DNA from: Raillietiella orientalis
Lineage: Eukaryota
NCBI GenBank assembly: GCA_036172245.1
Contig: JAYWIR010000001.1
Location: 248,001 to 312,000, forward strand
DNA length: 64,000 nt
Direction: 5' to 3'
Shown: positions 38,801 to 52,330 of the stretch, one piece after another
Layout of the letters: each line of letters starts with the position of its first letter
Position numbering within the stretch: position 1 is the stretch's first letter
The notes under the pieces: generated by a model
Told to the model about the DNA's origin: nothing
What the model saw: the letters and a program-made list of their open reading frames with translations, nothing else
Databases searched by the model: none
Program-made: the position numbers and the translations under genes

Positions 38801-39829
38801 GGCGTCCCGCGGCGTCAGTCCCGGTCTCTTCGTCTCTCCTGAGGCAGTCAGGCCCCACATCTGCGGTTTCCCCTTCCTGATGCTCGGTCGTTCGGATGCT
38901 CGCGCTGTGACCCTTGGGAGCACTGGCTTGGATGTGGATGAGAGGGGACGCCGTCGTTCTCTGGGTCAACCGCAGTCCGAAGGGATGCCACGGAGGGAGA
39001 GACTTCACTCCGTCACGGAGGGAGGTCATTTGCTAGGGAAAGGGGAGAACGTCCAGAGGAGGTGGAACCCACCTTCCCACGGGATCGGGTAGTTCCTGGA
39101 AAACTCCAACAGGATCCGGTTCGAGCGGATCGCCCAGCGGTGCCATCTCGACGCGCTCCGCGGAAGCCGTGTTGTCGAGTGTTGGCTTCCCTGCCACTGC
39201 TTTCTCTCCTGGCGCCGTAGGAAGGGGAAGCCTCACCGGTCGCGGAGGAGACCATCAATCCTTCTGGAGCGCTTCCTCCTTCGCAAGGAGCAGCTCTGGA
39301 CGGAGGGAAAGACGTCCCGGAAGGAAGGTAGAGCCTGAAGGTCATCCTACGGGTCATTCCGAGGGGGCCGGCTTTCGCTCGACGCGCTCCTCGGCAGCCG
39401 GAGAGCGTAGTAGTCATGGAGACGTCGCGCCGGCTCCGGAGTACGCTTCCGTAAGTCTCCTCTTCTCCCCCGCGCCCAGCCTCGAGAACCTCAGCTGGTT
39501 GCCCCGCTTCCGTAGGGTCGGCGGGAATCCCCCCGCAAGCCACTGGTGCTGGAGGGCGGGAGCGCTCCGAGGACCCAAAGGAGGTGGGAACTCCGCGAGT
39601 TTCCGCCCAGGGGCAGAATCCGACCGAAGGGGCGGTCCGCCATCGTCGTCTGTCGATGAACGGACGCCTCCAAGACAGCGGCCACTTCCTCTTCTCGCGA
39701 GTGCCCCGAGGGAAACCGTGGAGGGAGACACCGTGGAGCGAATTCATCCCTCCTCGCAGGAGGTCATCATCCTTTTTGATCCCCTTCCCCTCCCCATCCA
39801 TCCCTCCTCCTCGGCCGCCATCGCCGCAG

Positions 39830-39897
39830 CCGACCCCACCTACGACATCCGGGACGCGTACGCGCGGAGCCAGCGCATCCCGCACGTCTGCGGAGGG
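39830..39897 (+). CDS. Candidate orphan micro-exon (DPTYDIRDAYARSQRIPHVCGG)
   Basis: Long pyrimidine tract plus GCAG acceptor and protein-like codons; weak GTTCGG donor; family not recognised. Confidence 0.3.
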
Positions 39898-40220
39898 GTT
39901 CGGAGAGGGGCGGGGGGGAAGCTACGGGTCGGTCCCCCGCGGAGGGGAGCGGAGAGTGTGGAAGCGCCTGAAAAGACGAAACCCCCTCTCGCAAGAAGTA
40001 CAGGCGGGAATTTTGGAGTTCCCACGTTATCGAGGGACCGGAAGCAGCGAGATGGAGTGGCCGCCGCGCCCACCCCACCCAGGTCCGTCTTCCCCTCTCC
40101 CAACAACGCTGCTCCCCGGGGGTTTGCAGCCAGTTTTCCAGGAATCTCCGTTCTCAACTCTCTCCAGGAGACTCCCTCTAGCCGGAGCTCCCTGTGGACT
40201 AGCCGGGCTCCCTGCGTTTC

Positions 40221-40714
40221 GCTCAAAGTCCCGAAAGATCGTAAAAACAAGCATGCATGTTTGTTACATATATTCATATGTAAGCTTATATTTGGATCAA
40301 ACTAAGTATTGTTAATTACATTGAAAATTAGTTGCATTTTAAACGTGCATGTTGACAAAAATTTGCATATTATTCTATCTATTAAAGTACATATCAATGC
40401 ACACAACAGGCATATCTATTTATTTTTTATAATCTTAGGAATCTACATTAATTTACATATGAATATATTTAATAAACATGTGTGTATTTTTTACAATCTT
40501 GATAATATATTAATACGTTAATCTATATAAAAGCATATATAATAAACATCTTATTAATGGTACATTTAAAACTTGTAACGAACATGTGTATTTATTTTTT
40601 ATAATCTTTATAACATATATCACTGTATATATCCGTGTACAAATAAACTTGTATATTAATTTGCTTAATGTGGACGTGCATTTCTTTTTCTTTTTGCCTT
40701 TCGGAATTCTGATC
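40221..40714. mobile_element. Short AT-rich foldback element without core
   Basis: Left GCTCAAAGTCCCGAAAGATC, right CTTTCGGAATTCTGATC. Confidence 0.7.
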
Positions 40715-40779
40715 GTCACAGATGGACCACCGTCCACCTGTCCACAGCTCAGCTCGCAGGGATGTCCCGGATATGACGC

Positions 40780-41850
40780 ACATTAAGTGTGCGTCATCTC
40801 CTTCCCCATTCCATCGTCCAAATCTTTCGAAGGCCACGATTTCCAGGAGCGGCTGCTCCTGGATGTTGCGGGACGTCAGCAGCAGCCCGCGGTCGAGTGT
40901 TTCGCCATAGAGTCCGCCCAGTGTTGCCCAGCGGCACAGCAGGCGCTCCTCGGGCATTCCGCCATTCCCACACGAGGCGCAGAAGACAGAGAGATGAAGG
41001 TGGGAATTCCGGCTGGAGCGGGCAAACCGCCATGACCGCGGGGGCAGGAAGCCACGAGTATACGAAGGCCAGTTTGAGTGGGCACGCCACTCGGGATCAG
41101 ACCAACTATTTCTACCACGGCCCATGACGCAAATCCAACTCGCTGCTGGTGGTGGTGGACGGAGGTGGGGCTGCTGCAAGAACCGAAGCCACGGCGGTTC
41201 CCAGCTCAAGGGCCACACCCTCCCTCCGTATTCGTTCGTGCCGAAGGAAAAGTGGGGCGCCCTGGCATGGCTGTGCAGGAGAAGGAGGACTTCCTTTGGA
41301 CGGTCTTCAGGGTTCACGGGCGGAGCCTTCCTCCATGTTTTCGTTTTTGCCTTCTGAAAACGACAGGGCTTTCGGAGAAGCCGGTCAGTTTTTGGAACAG
41401 CCCACGAATGCCCCCTCGTTTTCTCTCATCTCCATGCGCAATCCCTTTGGTGCAACCTTTGTTTTTGTCGCACGTGCACATATTCTTCGCGCGCGTGTGT
41501 TCAGCGGCGGTGTTTACTCTTCACTGTGTTTTTCCAAACTCCCAAACTTCCCGGATGACACTTTTCGCTGATCTCTGTTTTGCGTCCATCGCTTCCTGTC
41601 AACCTCGAAACGATCTCTCACAGGGCCAAACCTCGGTCCACAAACAAAGACGTCCCCTTGGGTACGCGTCTTCGTGCTCCCGCGGGCTGTCCAAGAATTT
41701 CAGGCTCGAGTTCTTCCCGGTTCAATCCTCTGCTTTGGACTTCGGAAACCGCTGTTTTCGTGATGATGTGTGGAAGAAGTCCCTCCCTCCCATTTTCCAA
41801 GAATGGATGTTTTCAAAAGCTGCCCACCCTGATCTCCGTGACCACGAAGG
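40780..41850 (-). mobile_element. pogo-like DDE transposase relic
   Basis: RPKEVLLLLHSH...EPPWLRFLQQP...YTRGFLPPRS...NIQEQ...AFERFG...GEGDDAHLMC resembles DDE_1 LL.LD.H...PP..T..LQP ... W..I....AF...G....G.ED. Confidence 0.5.
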
Positions 41851-41964
41851 TCATCGGAGAGAAGCACTCATCGGAGGATCGAAGGGAAGAGGGAGGCTCG
41901 GGAATACACTTTCAGGAGAAAATTCCTGGAGTCCTTCATTCCCCGGGTGCAGCCTCCCCTTCCC

Positions 41965-42890
41965 ACCAAGGATCGCCAGAGAATTCACTTAAAATAGAGG
42001 AATAAAACGTATTATAAGTCTATACATAAACTTATATGCATATATACAGAGAGAGACTAATTTATTCATGTTGCGAAGATTATGAAAAATGCGCACATGC
42101 ATTTCATGTGTATACATATTTAAATAAGGATTATTATCCAAATTTATTTTCAACATACAAACTTATATATCTTAACTATATATATATTGAAGCACAAAAA
42201 AATACATACATCTCTCTCTCTCCCAATACATATGTATACATATCTCTGTGATATATATTGACATATATTTACACATACAATAAATATGTTTGAAATGAAT
42301 ACATAAATGTCGAATCATAAAGATATATGTTTATCTTGCGATCAAAATGCCGAAAATGGCATTCGTCATTTGTAGAGGGAGTTCCATTCGTTGGCTGTTG
42401 GAAATGACAGGAAGAAGAAATACCAAGTTTCTTTTTTGCTTTTTCAATTTCTTTGCTTCCCTCCCCCTCCCCCCAGTATTTTTGAATGTCACTAGTGCTT
42501 TATATTTTTCCAAATTCGATGTGTATGCAATGATTTCACATATATTTACTGTATATATAAGTATATATATATAGATGTACCTGTATTTTATTTGTATGTG
42601 TTAACATTTTAATATATATTATTAATTACATGAATAATATATGGGTTAATGAATATTAATAGATATGTATGCTATAATAAATTTATATATTAATCTCTTT
42701 CTCTATATATATACATGCATAATAAACATGTATATTTGTTTTTATAATCTTAACAATGTATATTCGTCTATATATTACTATTTCATAAAGATGTTATTAA
42801 TTATATTAATGACAGACACGTTAATAAGTATTAACAAATATGTATGCTAAAATGAATCTGCCTATTTATTTTAACACCGTGGTTTCGAAG
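41965..42890. mobile_element. AT-rich foldback/MITE-like element, core in + orientation
   Basis: Core at about 42340-42450 begins GATCAAAATGCCGAAAATGGCATTCGTCATT. Confidence 0.75.
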
Positions 42891-44149
42891 GAAACCCATA
42901 TTTCTCATCCTGGTCAGAGCGACTTCATAGGGACCCGCAAAAGGCCGGAAGCGATTGCTGACGGCCTCCGGGGACGATGGCCGCACTCCTGAAGATCTGA
43001 AGATCACCGCTTCCCGCAGGCCGGTAGACCACCTGCCGGTAACCAAGGCAACCAACGGCTAGCGAGCTAGGGAACCTTGTGGATCGTGCGGCTTCCAGAC
43101 GGGATCCGGATCGTTTCCGCAACCGAAACGCATCCGGCGGAAGCTCAAAAGACGATCAGGGCGAGGTGCCTCGCTGTCTACCTGACCCCACTCCGAGCCC
43201 CCACGAGACGTCCATCGAGAGCAGCCACGGCTCAGGGCGCGGTCCAGACGGATCCGGTCCGAGAGCGGACCCCGGAAGCAGGGGCGGAGACGTCCGATCG
43301 AAAAGGGTGAGCCCAAGGCCTCGCAGCCACTCGGCGTCCTTCGAGCCGCGCGTCCACGCAGCGATCGGAGACGCCTTCCGGGAAAGGGTGGTGAGAAGGC
43401 CGTCTGAGATTCCGGGAACGGCGGCGTGCGCGCGCTTATCTCCTGGACCAGACCCGAAGCCACGGGGTCGAGAACGCAGAAATCCCTCTACACGCGCGCC
43501 GGATGGAGGAGTCCGCTCAGATGGGAGGCGCGGAAGAGGACGTTCCCGCGGGAAGCGTCGGGAGGATGTGGCCTGTTCCGCTGGCGTGCGGCCGCGCGCC
43601 CACGCTCGCCACGCTTGGCCGGGGTTTCCAAAGCAGAGCATCGAAAAGAGCGGCAAAGGAAGAGTTAGAAGGGGAAAAAAAAAATTGGGGCGGAACGAAA
43701 GATGCAGCCAACAGCAGATTGGGGTTGCCGAAATCCACGGAAAACACCCCACGGGGCCGATGGCAGCGCTCCCGCGCTGTTCTTTCCTCAGGGCGCGGGC
43801 AATCGAGAGCTGCAGTTCCACCGACCCGGCCTCCGGGTTGGCGCGGCAAGTCCCTCTTCCGCTGCTTCCGGGAAGATCGCAGCCGCCTCTCTCTGTCCAA
43901 GAGCGGGGCGTTCCCTGAAGCCGCTGCGCTCTGGACGGCAGCAAGCGACAGTCCAGGAAGTGGGATGAGAGCCCCTGGGAATCCGAGGGAAGCCGCCTGA
44001 CGCTTCCGCGCAGCATCGGAGGTGGAGATGGCGCGCTTGCGCGCGCTTGGAGGACGTCCAAGAAGAGAAAGTCAGGTACAGCCAGCTCGCGAACCGCTGC
44101 CATGGAGACACTCCCGAAAAGTTTTGGCTGGTCCACCCGTCTTACGGAA

Positions 44150-44370
44150 GCCGTCCTGGAACTTCTTCTGTGGAGGGACACCACGCTCCCTGTTCCCTCC
44201 TCCGAATAGATTTCCGAAGGGAGCAGAGCTCTTCTTAACACTCTGTAGAGGCGACTTATTCGAGGGCGGTGCCAACCAGCTTCATGGCCAGTTCCACGAC
44301 TGGAGGGCTCCTTGGTTCCGCGAATAGACCGACCAGCATCATCCTGCGGGGGGGCTCGAAACGCATCCCC
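44150..44370 (-). mobile_element. SINE fragment
   Basis: GAAGGGAGCAG...ACACTCTGTAGAGGCGAC block. Confidence 0.55.
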
Positions 44371-45464
44371 TATTTTTGGGGGGAGGAGAGTACGCTAGCC
44401 GCGAGCTTCCGCCTCGCGAGAAACAGGGAGCAGCACTTTCTGCCATCTAGCGGGCGTGACTCTTATCACGGGACCTCGCGGTCAGATGGCGCGCGCTCGA
44501 CGCCATGTACCTCTCGAAACGACGGTAGGCTGTTGTCCGTCCTGCGACAGGAGGAAGAACACGATAGGGGGGGGAACGTAGCCACGCGGCCACCGACTGC
44601 CACCACAGAGAGGCTCGGCTCTCCTCGCCGTCCTCTGCGCTCGAAGCTCATCCGCGAAGAGCTCTGCGTCCGGAGGAGCTGCCAGCCGAGTTCCTCTTGC
44701 GAGGTGAATATCCCCCCCTCCCCCTTCCTCGAGGACGCGAAGCTTCAGGAACCGCTCCAACCGACTCGCAAGACATTTCCCAGTGTCTCGCAGAGCCCGG
44801 AGGCTTCCGGAACAGCTCAAGCGGACCGCGTCCACCCAGGCGGACGGACGCCACTTTTCCGCCGAGAGTTCCCGCTGCTCTTTTCCCGATCCCGGCGTCC
44901 CAGCTCCACCTCCAGCCTGCGCGCCTCCGTTGGACTTTCCGACAAGACCCTCCTCCAAGAGCGGGAAAATTCTCCTCGTCGCTTCCGTCGGTGGCCTTCC
45001 CTCCCGCTGTCCCATTGCGCCGCGTCTGCCATCGGATGTGGCAGCTCCGAGGTCTCCTTCACGTCCTGCTCAACCTCGGAGGGAAGAAGGAGGTGCCGAT
45101 CGTTGGTTTCAGCTGGGAGGCGCCACCGATTCGAGATACTGGCTACCCGGTACGCCTTTTGCACTTCGCGCCATCTGTCGGGTGGAACCGTCTTCCTCTT
45201 GAAACATCCAGGGAATCGCGTGCTGCCGGGAGGACGCCGCCTCCGTCTTCTTCCGAGTGCGGTGGCCAATGAAGGGGGGGGGGATGACCGAGCCTCCGCC
45301 GCCTTTTTCACCACGAATCTCGGAGGAGACTCCTGCGAGTGCAGCGCGGGCGTGAAACAAGCGGTCCGCTCCAGGAAGGCAGAGAGCGCCAAAAAACTCA
45401 CGTCTGGAGCAAGACGTCCCGCCGCGGGAGAGCGCACCGAATCCTGTGCGAGTCCTCCAGAGGA

Positions 45465-45760
45465 ATGATGGAGATCCTTTGGGATTCTTCTGCTCTCGCT
45501 ATCTTCCAGCTTTTTTTATTTTTTATTTTTTTTTTTGGGGGGGGGGGAGGGGTTCAAGGAATGCTGAAGAACCGTTCGCCTCCTTAGGGGAGGCAGTGGA
45601 AGGTCACGAAGGCCTTTAAACACTGTCCAGACCACTCGAGAGTGAGTGTAGTAACTCTTCGGGTCAGGTGGTCACCCCGGAGAGACGTCCCTTCGAATCC
45701 AGGAAGGCTCCGGGGAAGGAGGGTGCGTCCCTCTTTTGCATGGGAGGGGACCCTCCTGGA
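45465..45760 (-). mobile_element. SINE 3' fragment
   Basis: TGCTGAAGAACCGTTCG, T-run and shared tail. Confidence 0.6.
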
Positions 45761-46094
45761 CGGACGCCACTTCGGCGTCCGTCCCACGTCTCGCGCGGTC
45801 TCTCCGCTTGCGTGCCGCGGGCGTCAGGATCCGTCCGGCGCTTCCGGAAAGCGGAGGCCCCCCTTTCCCTTTCCTTTCAAAAAAAAGGGTAGGGTGGAAG
45901 GGGGGACTGCCCCTGCCAAGGCGCCAGGGGAACTCCCAGGAGGTGGTGGACGGAGCGCGCGCACCGGGACGACCTCGGTGGGTGCGCGGAGCACTGCGAG
46001 GCGCCGAAACCGGAAGTGGGGGGAAATGGAGGGAAGGCCTGCGGCAGCGTCCAGCGGCAGTGGGGCGCCGCTCATGGAGTTTCCGCTTCCTCTG

Positions 46095-46950
46095 CTAAAA
46101 GCCGTGTGCAATAGATGCTTATTATATACATCAATATTCACAAATAATATAAATACATGTACATGAACATAAATATGTATATGCATATAGTTTTCCTGAT
46201 ATATACGTACATATATGTGTGTGTATGCATGACACATTTTATTAATGTAATTAATAAGGATTAAGTGACATACATCTTATTAAAATAATGAATACGTTGT
46301 TGATTATATTGTTGATTATGCATTAAAGATTATAAGAAATAAATATGTAAATTATACATATAATAACACATTTTCACACATATACATTATTATGTGTGCA
46401 GATTTATTTTAAGAGTAAGCATCATTTTACATGTAGGTATTATTGCTGTCAACATAGTCATCATTAATGGTAATATATATTTATTTACAAGTAAGAAGAT
46501 ACACATCATTGATACAATCAGCAAGTGGTTTACTAAATTCTTGATATATACAATTGAAGATTATAAAAAACTGATATATATACTTATTATATATACATTC
46601 ACATGAAGACTAATATATGGATTGATGTATATTCTAAAGATTTTAATAAATAAACATTTGTGCTTATTCGAAATGGATGAATACACAGATTTATTTCGAT
46701 CACTATGGTAACCCATACTTATTGACACACACATTACTGACGGTAACATTGACAGCAGATGTGTTTACTCAGGTCCACTGAGATGCAATTTTATTAAAAT
46801 AATCAATAAGCTATTGATTGTGCTGTTAATACATGTATATATTCTAAAGATTCTAAAAATAAATATACTTTTTTATTCTATATTTATATATGTATTCATT
46901 CAAAGATCAATGTACGTCAAGAAGACTATGAAAAATAGATACATATTTCT
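46095..46950. repeat. AT-rich foldback-family remnant
   Basis: Family subrepeats (AAAGATTATAAGAAATAAATAT, ATTTATTTTAA); no clear termini or core. Confidence 0.5.
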
Positions 46951-46959
46951 ATCTATTGA

Positions 46960-47285
46960 AGATTCAGAAGGTACGCTCCCCCATTTCTCTGAAGGGCGCT
47001 TCCCACGCTCTGGAGGGACGATCCCTCGTGGGACGTACCAACCAGTTCCATGGCAACGGCTCCGTCTTCGCATCCGGATGAGAACCCAGAAGGGAACCGG
47101 CTCGCTGATTCCTGGAAGGATCCCGGAGTCAGCGGGGCGTCCGGCTTCCGCCAGTGCCTCACCCGCACAGGCCAACCACCCTGCGGGGGATCTGAGGGGG
47201 ACTCGAAACCACACGAAGCGCCTCCCGTTGCCGGGTCAGCCCTTCCCCGGGCGGGATTCGAGCCCCAGACGCCGCGGGTCCCAAG
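46960..47285 (-). mobile_element. SINE 5' fragment
   Basis: GGGATTCGAGCC and GGACTCGAAACC (reverse B-box-like motifs). Confidence 0.6.
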
Positions 47286-47499
47286 AGAGGCGGAAATCCA
47301 CCGGCGCGGTTGGCGCGGGATGAACCTGCGAAGCTCTTTGGCACGAGGTCAGCGGGTGCAGAGTCGTCCACAGGGATCGGCGCCGACGGATCGGAAGCGT
47401 TAGGGGAAATAAGTGGACCAAAGCCCCTAAAGTCCTGGCGCGCTCCGGAGTGGTGGCGCGTCGGCTTCCACGTGTCTCGACCTCGAGGACGCGGTCCTG

Positions 47500-47990
47500 T
47501 CAAGTTGCTCGTAGAGGGGAGGGGCAGAGGGGAGGGGAATAGGATGGGGTCATCTGCTGTATAGGCAGAAGGCGAAGGAGGTCCGGGGCTGCTGCGGGAC
47601 CACGTTAAAAGAGACCTAAAGTGACCTGACACTTTGGTGGCATGGTCCTCAATGGGTCTTAACGGGGGAACAAGGAGGGGGAGAGGAAAGGGCCCAACTG
47701 CGCTCGCGACGCGAGCGTGGATCATGGATTCCGAAAGGCGGAGCGGACGGTGGACAAGAATGAGCAGGTGGTCATCGGTGTCCCCTGGCATCTCGTGGGT
47801 TCCGAATGTTGGCGCAGGAGCGTGGGTATGACGACGAGGTCACGGGGTCGCACCAGGCGAGTCTGAGGGGGGAGGGGAGGAAGGACGTCAAAGAAGGGAT
47901 GACTGAAGGAGGGATGCCGACGAAGGTCGAGGCGCGTTCCGCGCGAAGACTCCTCCATTCTGACCCCGTGTGGTCGCGAAGTTGAACGCC
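47500..47990 (-). mobile_element. LINE AP-endonuclease relic
   Basis: RGQNGGVFAR and QTRLVRPRDLVVI resemble the R..GGGV..Y and P.RLPR...V..Y.PP endonuclease motifs. Confidence 0.4.
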
Positions 47991-49879
47991 CTGGCGCTAA
48001 GCTGGAGTGCCACAACCGCAAAGAGCAAGGTCGCCATGCGCCTCCAAGGTCTCCGGACTCAGCCGCCAAGAACCTGTCGGCTGCAGATCACAGCGCGGCG
48101 CCTCCCGAGAGAGCAGTTGCGGCACCCTCGGAGCGAACTGCCATGTCAGAGGTCAAAGAAGACGCGACGGCTGACATGCGCGGCAGCTGGGAATGGAGAT
48201 GGCATAGCGGAGGGTAGAAGGCAGTCCGCGGGGGCTTTCGCTCCGCGGCAGGCAGGAGGGGGGGAATGCTCCAAGGTCGGCGGAGAGGAAACGCCCCGTT
48301 TCCCCCGCGATGACATCCGCTTGTATCTCGTGGTGGCGCTCCTCGCGCGGCACCTCGTCGGCGCCGAGAGAAAAAGGGTCCCTTCGGTAGAACGGAGTCA
48401 GTGGAGCGGAGGAGGAAGCGACCTCCTGGCGCGGCGAGGGAGGAACTTGGTTGCTGGCGGCGTCTGGACGGTCGTGGATCAGCGAAGAGGGCAGGGAAGG
48501 GGGACGAGACGTGCGCTCCGCGCACTTCGGCCGCGTCCCACTCGCCACGAATACGCACGCCGTGCAGCTGGTAGCGCTCGCTCGCCCCGTGCCGCACACA
48601 GAGCCTTCCGCGCGCGCCCCCCACTCGCCTTGCACCCTCAAAGCCGCTGCTGCCGGAGCCGGCGCCTTCTTCACCGGCAGTGACGAGAGGGTCAAGGGCG
48701 CCACTGCCACCGCTCTTCCGTGCTCCAGACGTCCAGCGCAGCGCAGAGCTTCTAGGGAGCGGGAGATGCGCGCCAATGGTAATAACGGTTCACTCCTTTG
48801 GGACGTTGCTGGGCTACCGCGCTGCTGATGCTGCCGCGCTGTTGGCGCCCTCTTCGAACGACACCGCCGGTGCGTCCCCGCTCCGTCCAAGTCTCCCTTG
48901 GACGATACACCGCCGGTGTTTCTCGCTTCTTCCCACCTTGCATGCGATCGTGCAGGATGCGCGCCGTTTCGGGTTCGCCCTGCTCGCACGCGCGAGTGCC
49001 TGGAGATGCGCGAACTCGATCGCGCAGCCTCTGCGCGCACGTCTCAGATGTCTCCAGCGCGGACGGTACACGTGTGGTGGCCGGAGCGCACTGCGTGGCG
49101 TACGACCTGCACAGTGCGCGGATGCCGAATAGACGCGGGGTTCGTCGGATGCTCCAGGAAGATCATCTCGGGGGTCGTCCCGCCGCCCCTGCGGCATCGA
49201 CAGGCTGCGTCGCTGTCTGAGACGTCGCAGCGGCGCTCGCATGGCTCCGGTCTTCCCCATGGGAGGGGGGGGGGGCTCAACGCGACTTTTTACGCCCCCC
49301 AGCTTTCCCTCCCTGTCACCTGGAGGCACAAGGTCACAGGGGCCAGGTGATAACCTGTGCGTGCCGTGATCTTCCGTCGCCGCGTCGTCGCTGCGGCACC
49401 TGGGCGCGCGCGCGCCCCCCTCCCCCGCCCCGCCTGCTCGCACGGGCGTGCGCGCCGCTGCAGTTCGCGGCCGGCCGCCGTGAGAGACGGCCCGAGGCGA
49501 CCCTCCTCCCTCCGGCGGTGGAAGGCCCCTCCTCCCGACCCCCCATGCTCTGCAGATTGGCACACGCGCTGCTGGACGCTTCCGGGAGGAGAAGGGAGGA
49601 GCAGCAGCCGACGGAGCCGCGGAGAGCCCGGAGGCAAGTCGTCGCCATGGCGCCGCATGTGAGTCACCCACGACTGGCCCCTTCTCTGTCATGCGGGTAT
49701 GCCCGGGGGGCCGGGGGGAGGGCCGTATCGTCTCCGTCTTTGGAGCGCTTCTGCTGCTTCTGTGCACGCCCTCCGCAGGGCTTCCAGGTGGTCCAGCGGG
49801 GGAGGCTGCGCTGCAACCCTCCTGCCCTCGGCGGTTCCTCGCATCCTGGGACGCAGGCAGCCTCTGGCCGCCGAGCAAC

Positions 49880-51270
49880 CCAGTCACCGCAGCAATGGGT
49901 CGCCGCCGTCTCCCGGGGACGATCTGTGTCCGCCCTACCACGCTCACTGACCGGAGGCATCCGCCTCGAGGACCTATGAGACGGGTCGGGGATACTTGGA
50001 AGTGGGGGGACGCGCGAGGGTGCGGACGGAGGGCGGATGGGTAGGGAGGTGTTGTCCGAAGCAACGGTTCTCCTTCGCTCCCTCCGGACACCAAAGGATC
50101 TCTTGGGCGGACCTCGTCCCCATGAGGAAGCCGTGGCGCACACCGGTCCTCTGGGGCTGCGCAGATGCCTTGGGGGGGGGGGGAGATCACGCCAATGTCG
50201 AGCTTGGCGTCCGCGGGTCGATTGGAGTCTCTACCGGAATACCCTCGAGAGGAACCAAGGGAGGCGCGAAGGCGCGGGAGGAAGGATAGACCAGGGTCAC
50301 CTCAGGCCCGCAGGCGGCTGGCAGAGAAAACCTCCGGGGGCAATTCCGCGCCCTACGTGAGAACCAACGGGAGATCTCGAGCTCGGGTGGACCCCGTTGG
50401 AACGCATGAGGGACTCTGAGCGCACTCCGATCACTTGGAGTCCTGGTCGAAAGGTCAGGGAGGGGGCAAATCCCGAGGAGCTGGGCAAAGCGCGGTGCTT
50501 CGGGCCGGGTTGTCTTCCGGCCAGAGGCCTGCCCTTCTGACAAGATGCGTGACCCCGGAGGGGAAGGGGGCGGAGGTGGCGAAAAACTGGAGCGCGCCTC
50601 GGCATGACTGCAGCGCCGGCAAGCACCCTATGACCCACTCCTGCTCATGACTTCTCCTTTGCGGTCACCTCCCCGCAAGCTCCTGTCAGGCCGGCATGGG
50701 CAACCTGTCCTTTCCGGACGGCGCTGCCTCCTGTAGGACTCGCCGATTCGACTGCTTCGAGGGCCCCGGCGGGATGAAGGGCATCGTGGCCCGGGGACTC
50801 GTGCAGTTCCGGCGCAGGGCGGTTTGCACGCACCTCTGCCCTCTGGAACCACAGTGACCGGGTCGAGGTCACTCACGGCCTTCAGAGGGAGGGAAGACGC
50901 AGGTCCCTCACCTCGTCAGGTCCCTGGAACGCGCAGAACCTGCGAGGGCGCTTCCGGAGGACTGTGCACCGGAGATGGGGTCATCGGTTGGAAGCACAAA
51001 GGGTCTCACCCCTGTCTTTCCCCGGCTCCTCGTCAGGTTCGGCCCTTCACGGTTCGGGGGTCTGCAGAGCGCCGGATGTGTGGTCAGCGGACTCCCACTC
51101 AAAGGGTGGGAGCGCTGCCTCGCCCCCCACCCACAAACAGGAGGAAGTGGGACAGGACGGGGAGCAGGTCGGCTGCGCGCCTGACCTTTCCCAGTGGCCG
51201 CCGCGGGGTATCGCCCGAACGTGGATACGCACCCCTCGGGTGACCGTTCAGCTCGCGCACTGCCGCAGGG
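49880..51270 (-). mobile_element. LINE ORF2 relic (endonuclease end to pre-RT linker)
   Basis: LCRPPNREGPNLTR resembles V..PTR.G..LD; FQVSPTRL...VVGRTQIVP resembles V...L...GPD.IP. Confidence 0.4.
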
Positions 51271-51439
51271 GCGACCCCATGAGATCCGCGCACCTCACTA
51301 CGGAAACGCCCCGCCAACTGCACGCTTCCTGAGGTGGCGGACGGGCCGGAAAGACGGCGGAGGACTCGACTCCTGGCGTCGACCGACCCCGAGATGTCAC
51401 CTGCAGCCGCGCCCGGGGGTGCACGGCGACGGGAACACC

Positions 51440-51640
51440 AAAGAACCCTCAACACGTGGGATCGCCACGTCAGGTCAGTCGCGTCGGAGCCGATTGCCAG
51501 CTTCTCCCGTTGCCGGGTCTGCCGGCCATGCCGCGGAGTCCCCACGCGTCTCCGAAGGACCGAGCTGTCGGCGCTACCCAGCGGCCGGCGAAGGAAGCGG
51601 CGACTCGTGCGCTGCTGCAGCCGCCGAAGCGTCCGGGCTT
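51440..51640 (+). repeat. Unclassified GC-rich dispersed repeat (family 2)
   Basis: GGACCGAGCTG..GGCGCTACCCAGCGG.CGGCGAAGGA also occurs at about 54265 (+) and, reversed, at about 55290-55330. Confidence 0.6.
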
Positions 51641-51959
51641 GCTGAGGCGATATCAAGCGCATATCATTTGACACCGCGCTCATCTGCGTGCATAGAGAGA
51701 GCTCCTTTCTTTGCGATCGTCTTGCGGCCAGAGGAGTACAAGTGGGGAACCCCAGCGAGGGCGAAAACGGGGCTGCGCTTTCGGTAGTTCCCGCGAGCTC
51801 GATAGCAGCGCCCTTCAGGCGACGAGCGGACGTATTGTCCCGCGGTCCACTTTCTCGAACCGCAGTCGAGAATGTTCTTCGGGGGGGCGGCGGGAAGCCG
51901 CTGCGCTTCCGGTTTCGCAAGTGCGTGTGACCTTCGACGGTCCGGCGGCCTGAGGGGAT

Positions 51960-52330
51960 CCTGGTGGTTTCCACTGGACACCCGGAACGAGCCTCTTTGA
52001 GTGGTGAAAGAGGAGACCGAGACGCCTCCAGCGGAAGCAGAAGAAAAGATGCAGGTGAGATGAGGCCAGCGGCAAGGCGGATGCTGCGATGCTTCCCACC
52101 AAGCCAAATCTGGCAAAGCATGCCGAAGAAGGCGGGCAAGTCGAACGGGAAGCCGAAGGTAGCAGCGGCCTCTGGATCGCCGCGGTGGCTTCCAGAAGTT
52201 GCGAGTGGAAACCTTATCCGCAATGGCATCTCATCTGCCAGATGAAGGAACACAAGACGGCATAACTCTTGCTGGTTCAGGTGGCCGCTGAAAAGTTCTC
52301 CAGCACAGTGAGAGCAGCCGCCAGGGGGCG
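51960..52330 (-). mobile_element. CR1/L2-group LINE RT relic
   Basis: RLVFLHLA...FGFPFDLPAF...WLGGKHRSIRL resembles VFLD...AFD...G....L..WL..R...V. Confidence 0.55.

Noticed and set aside
43050..43470. Possible LINE ORF1 relic on the + strand
   Set aside because: Only vague motif resemblance.
44269..45468. 399-aa plus-strand ORF
   Set aside because: Starts in a SINE fragment; composition is typical of non-coding GC-rich DNA; no motif.
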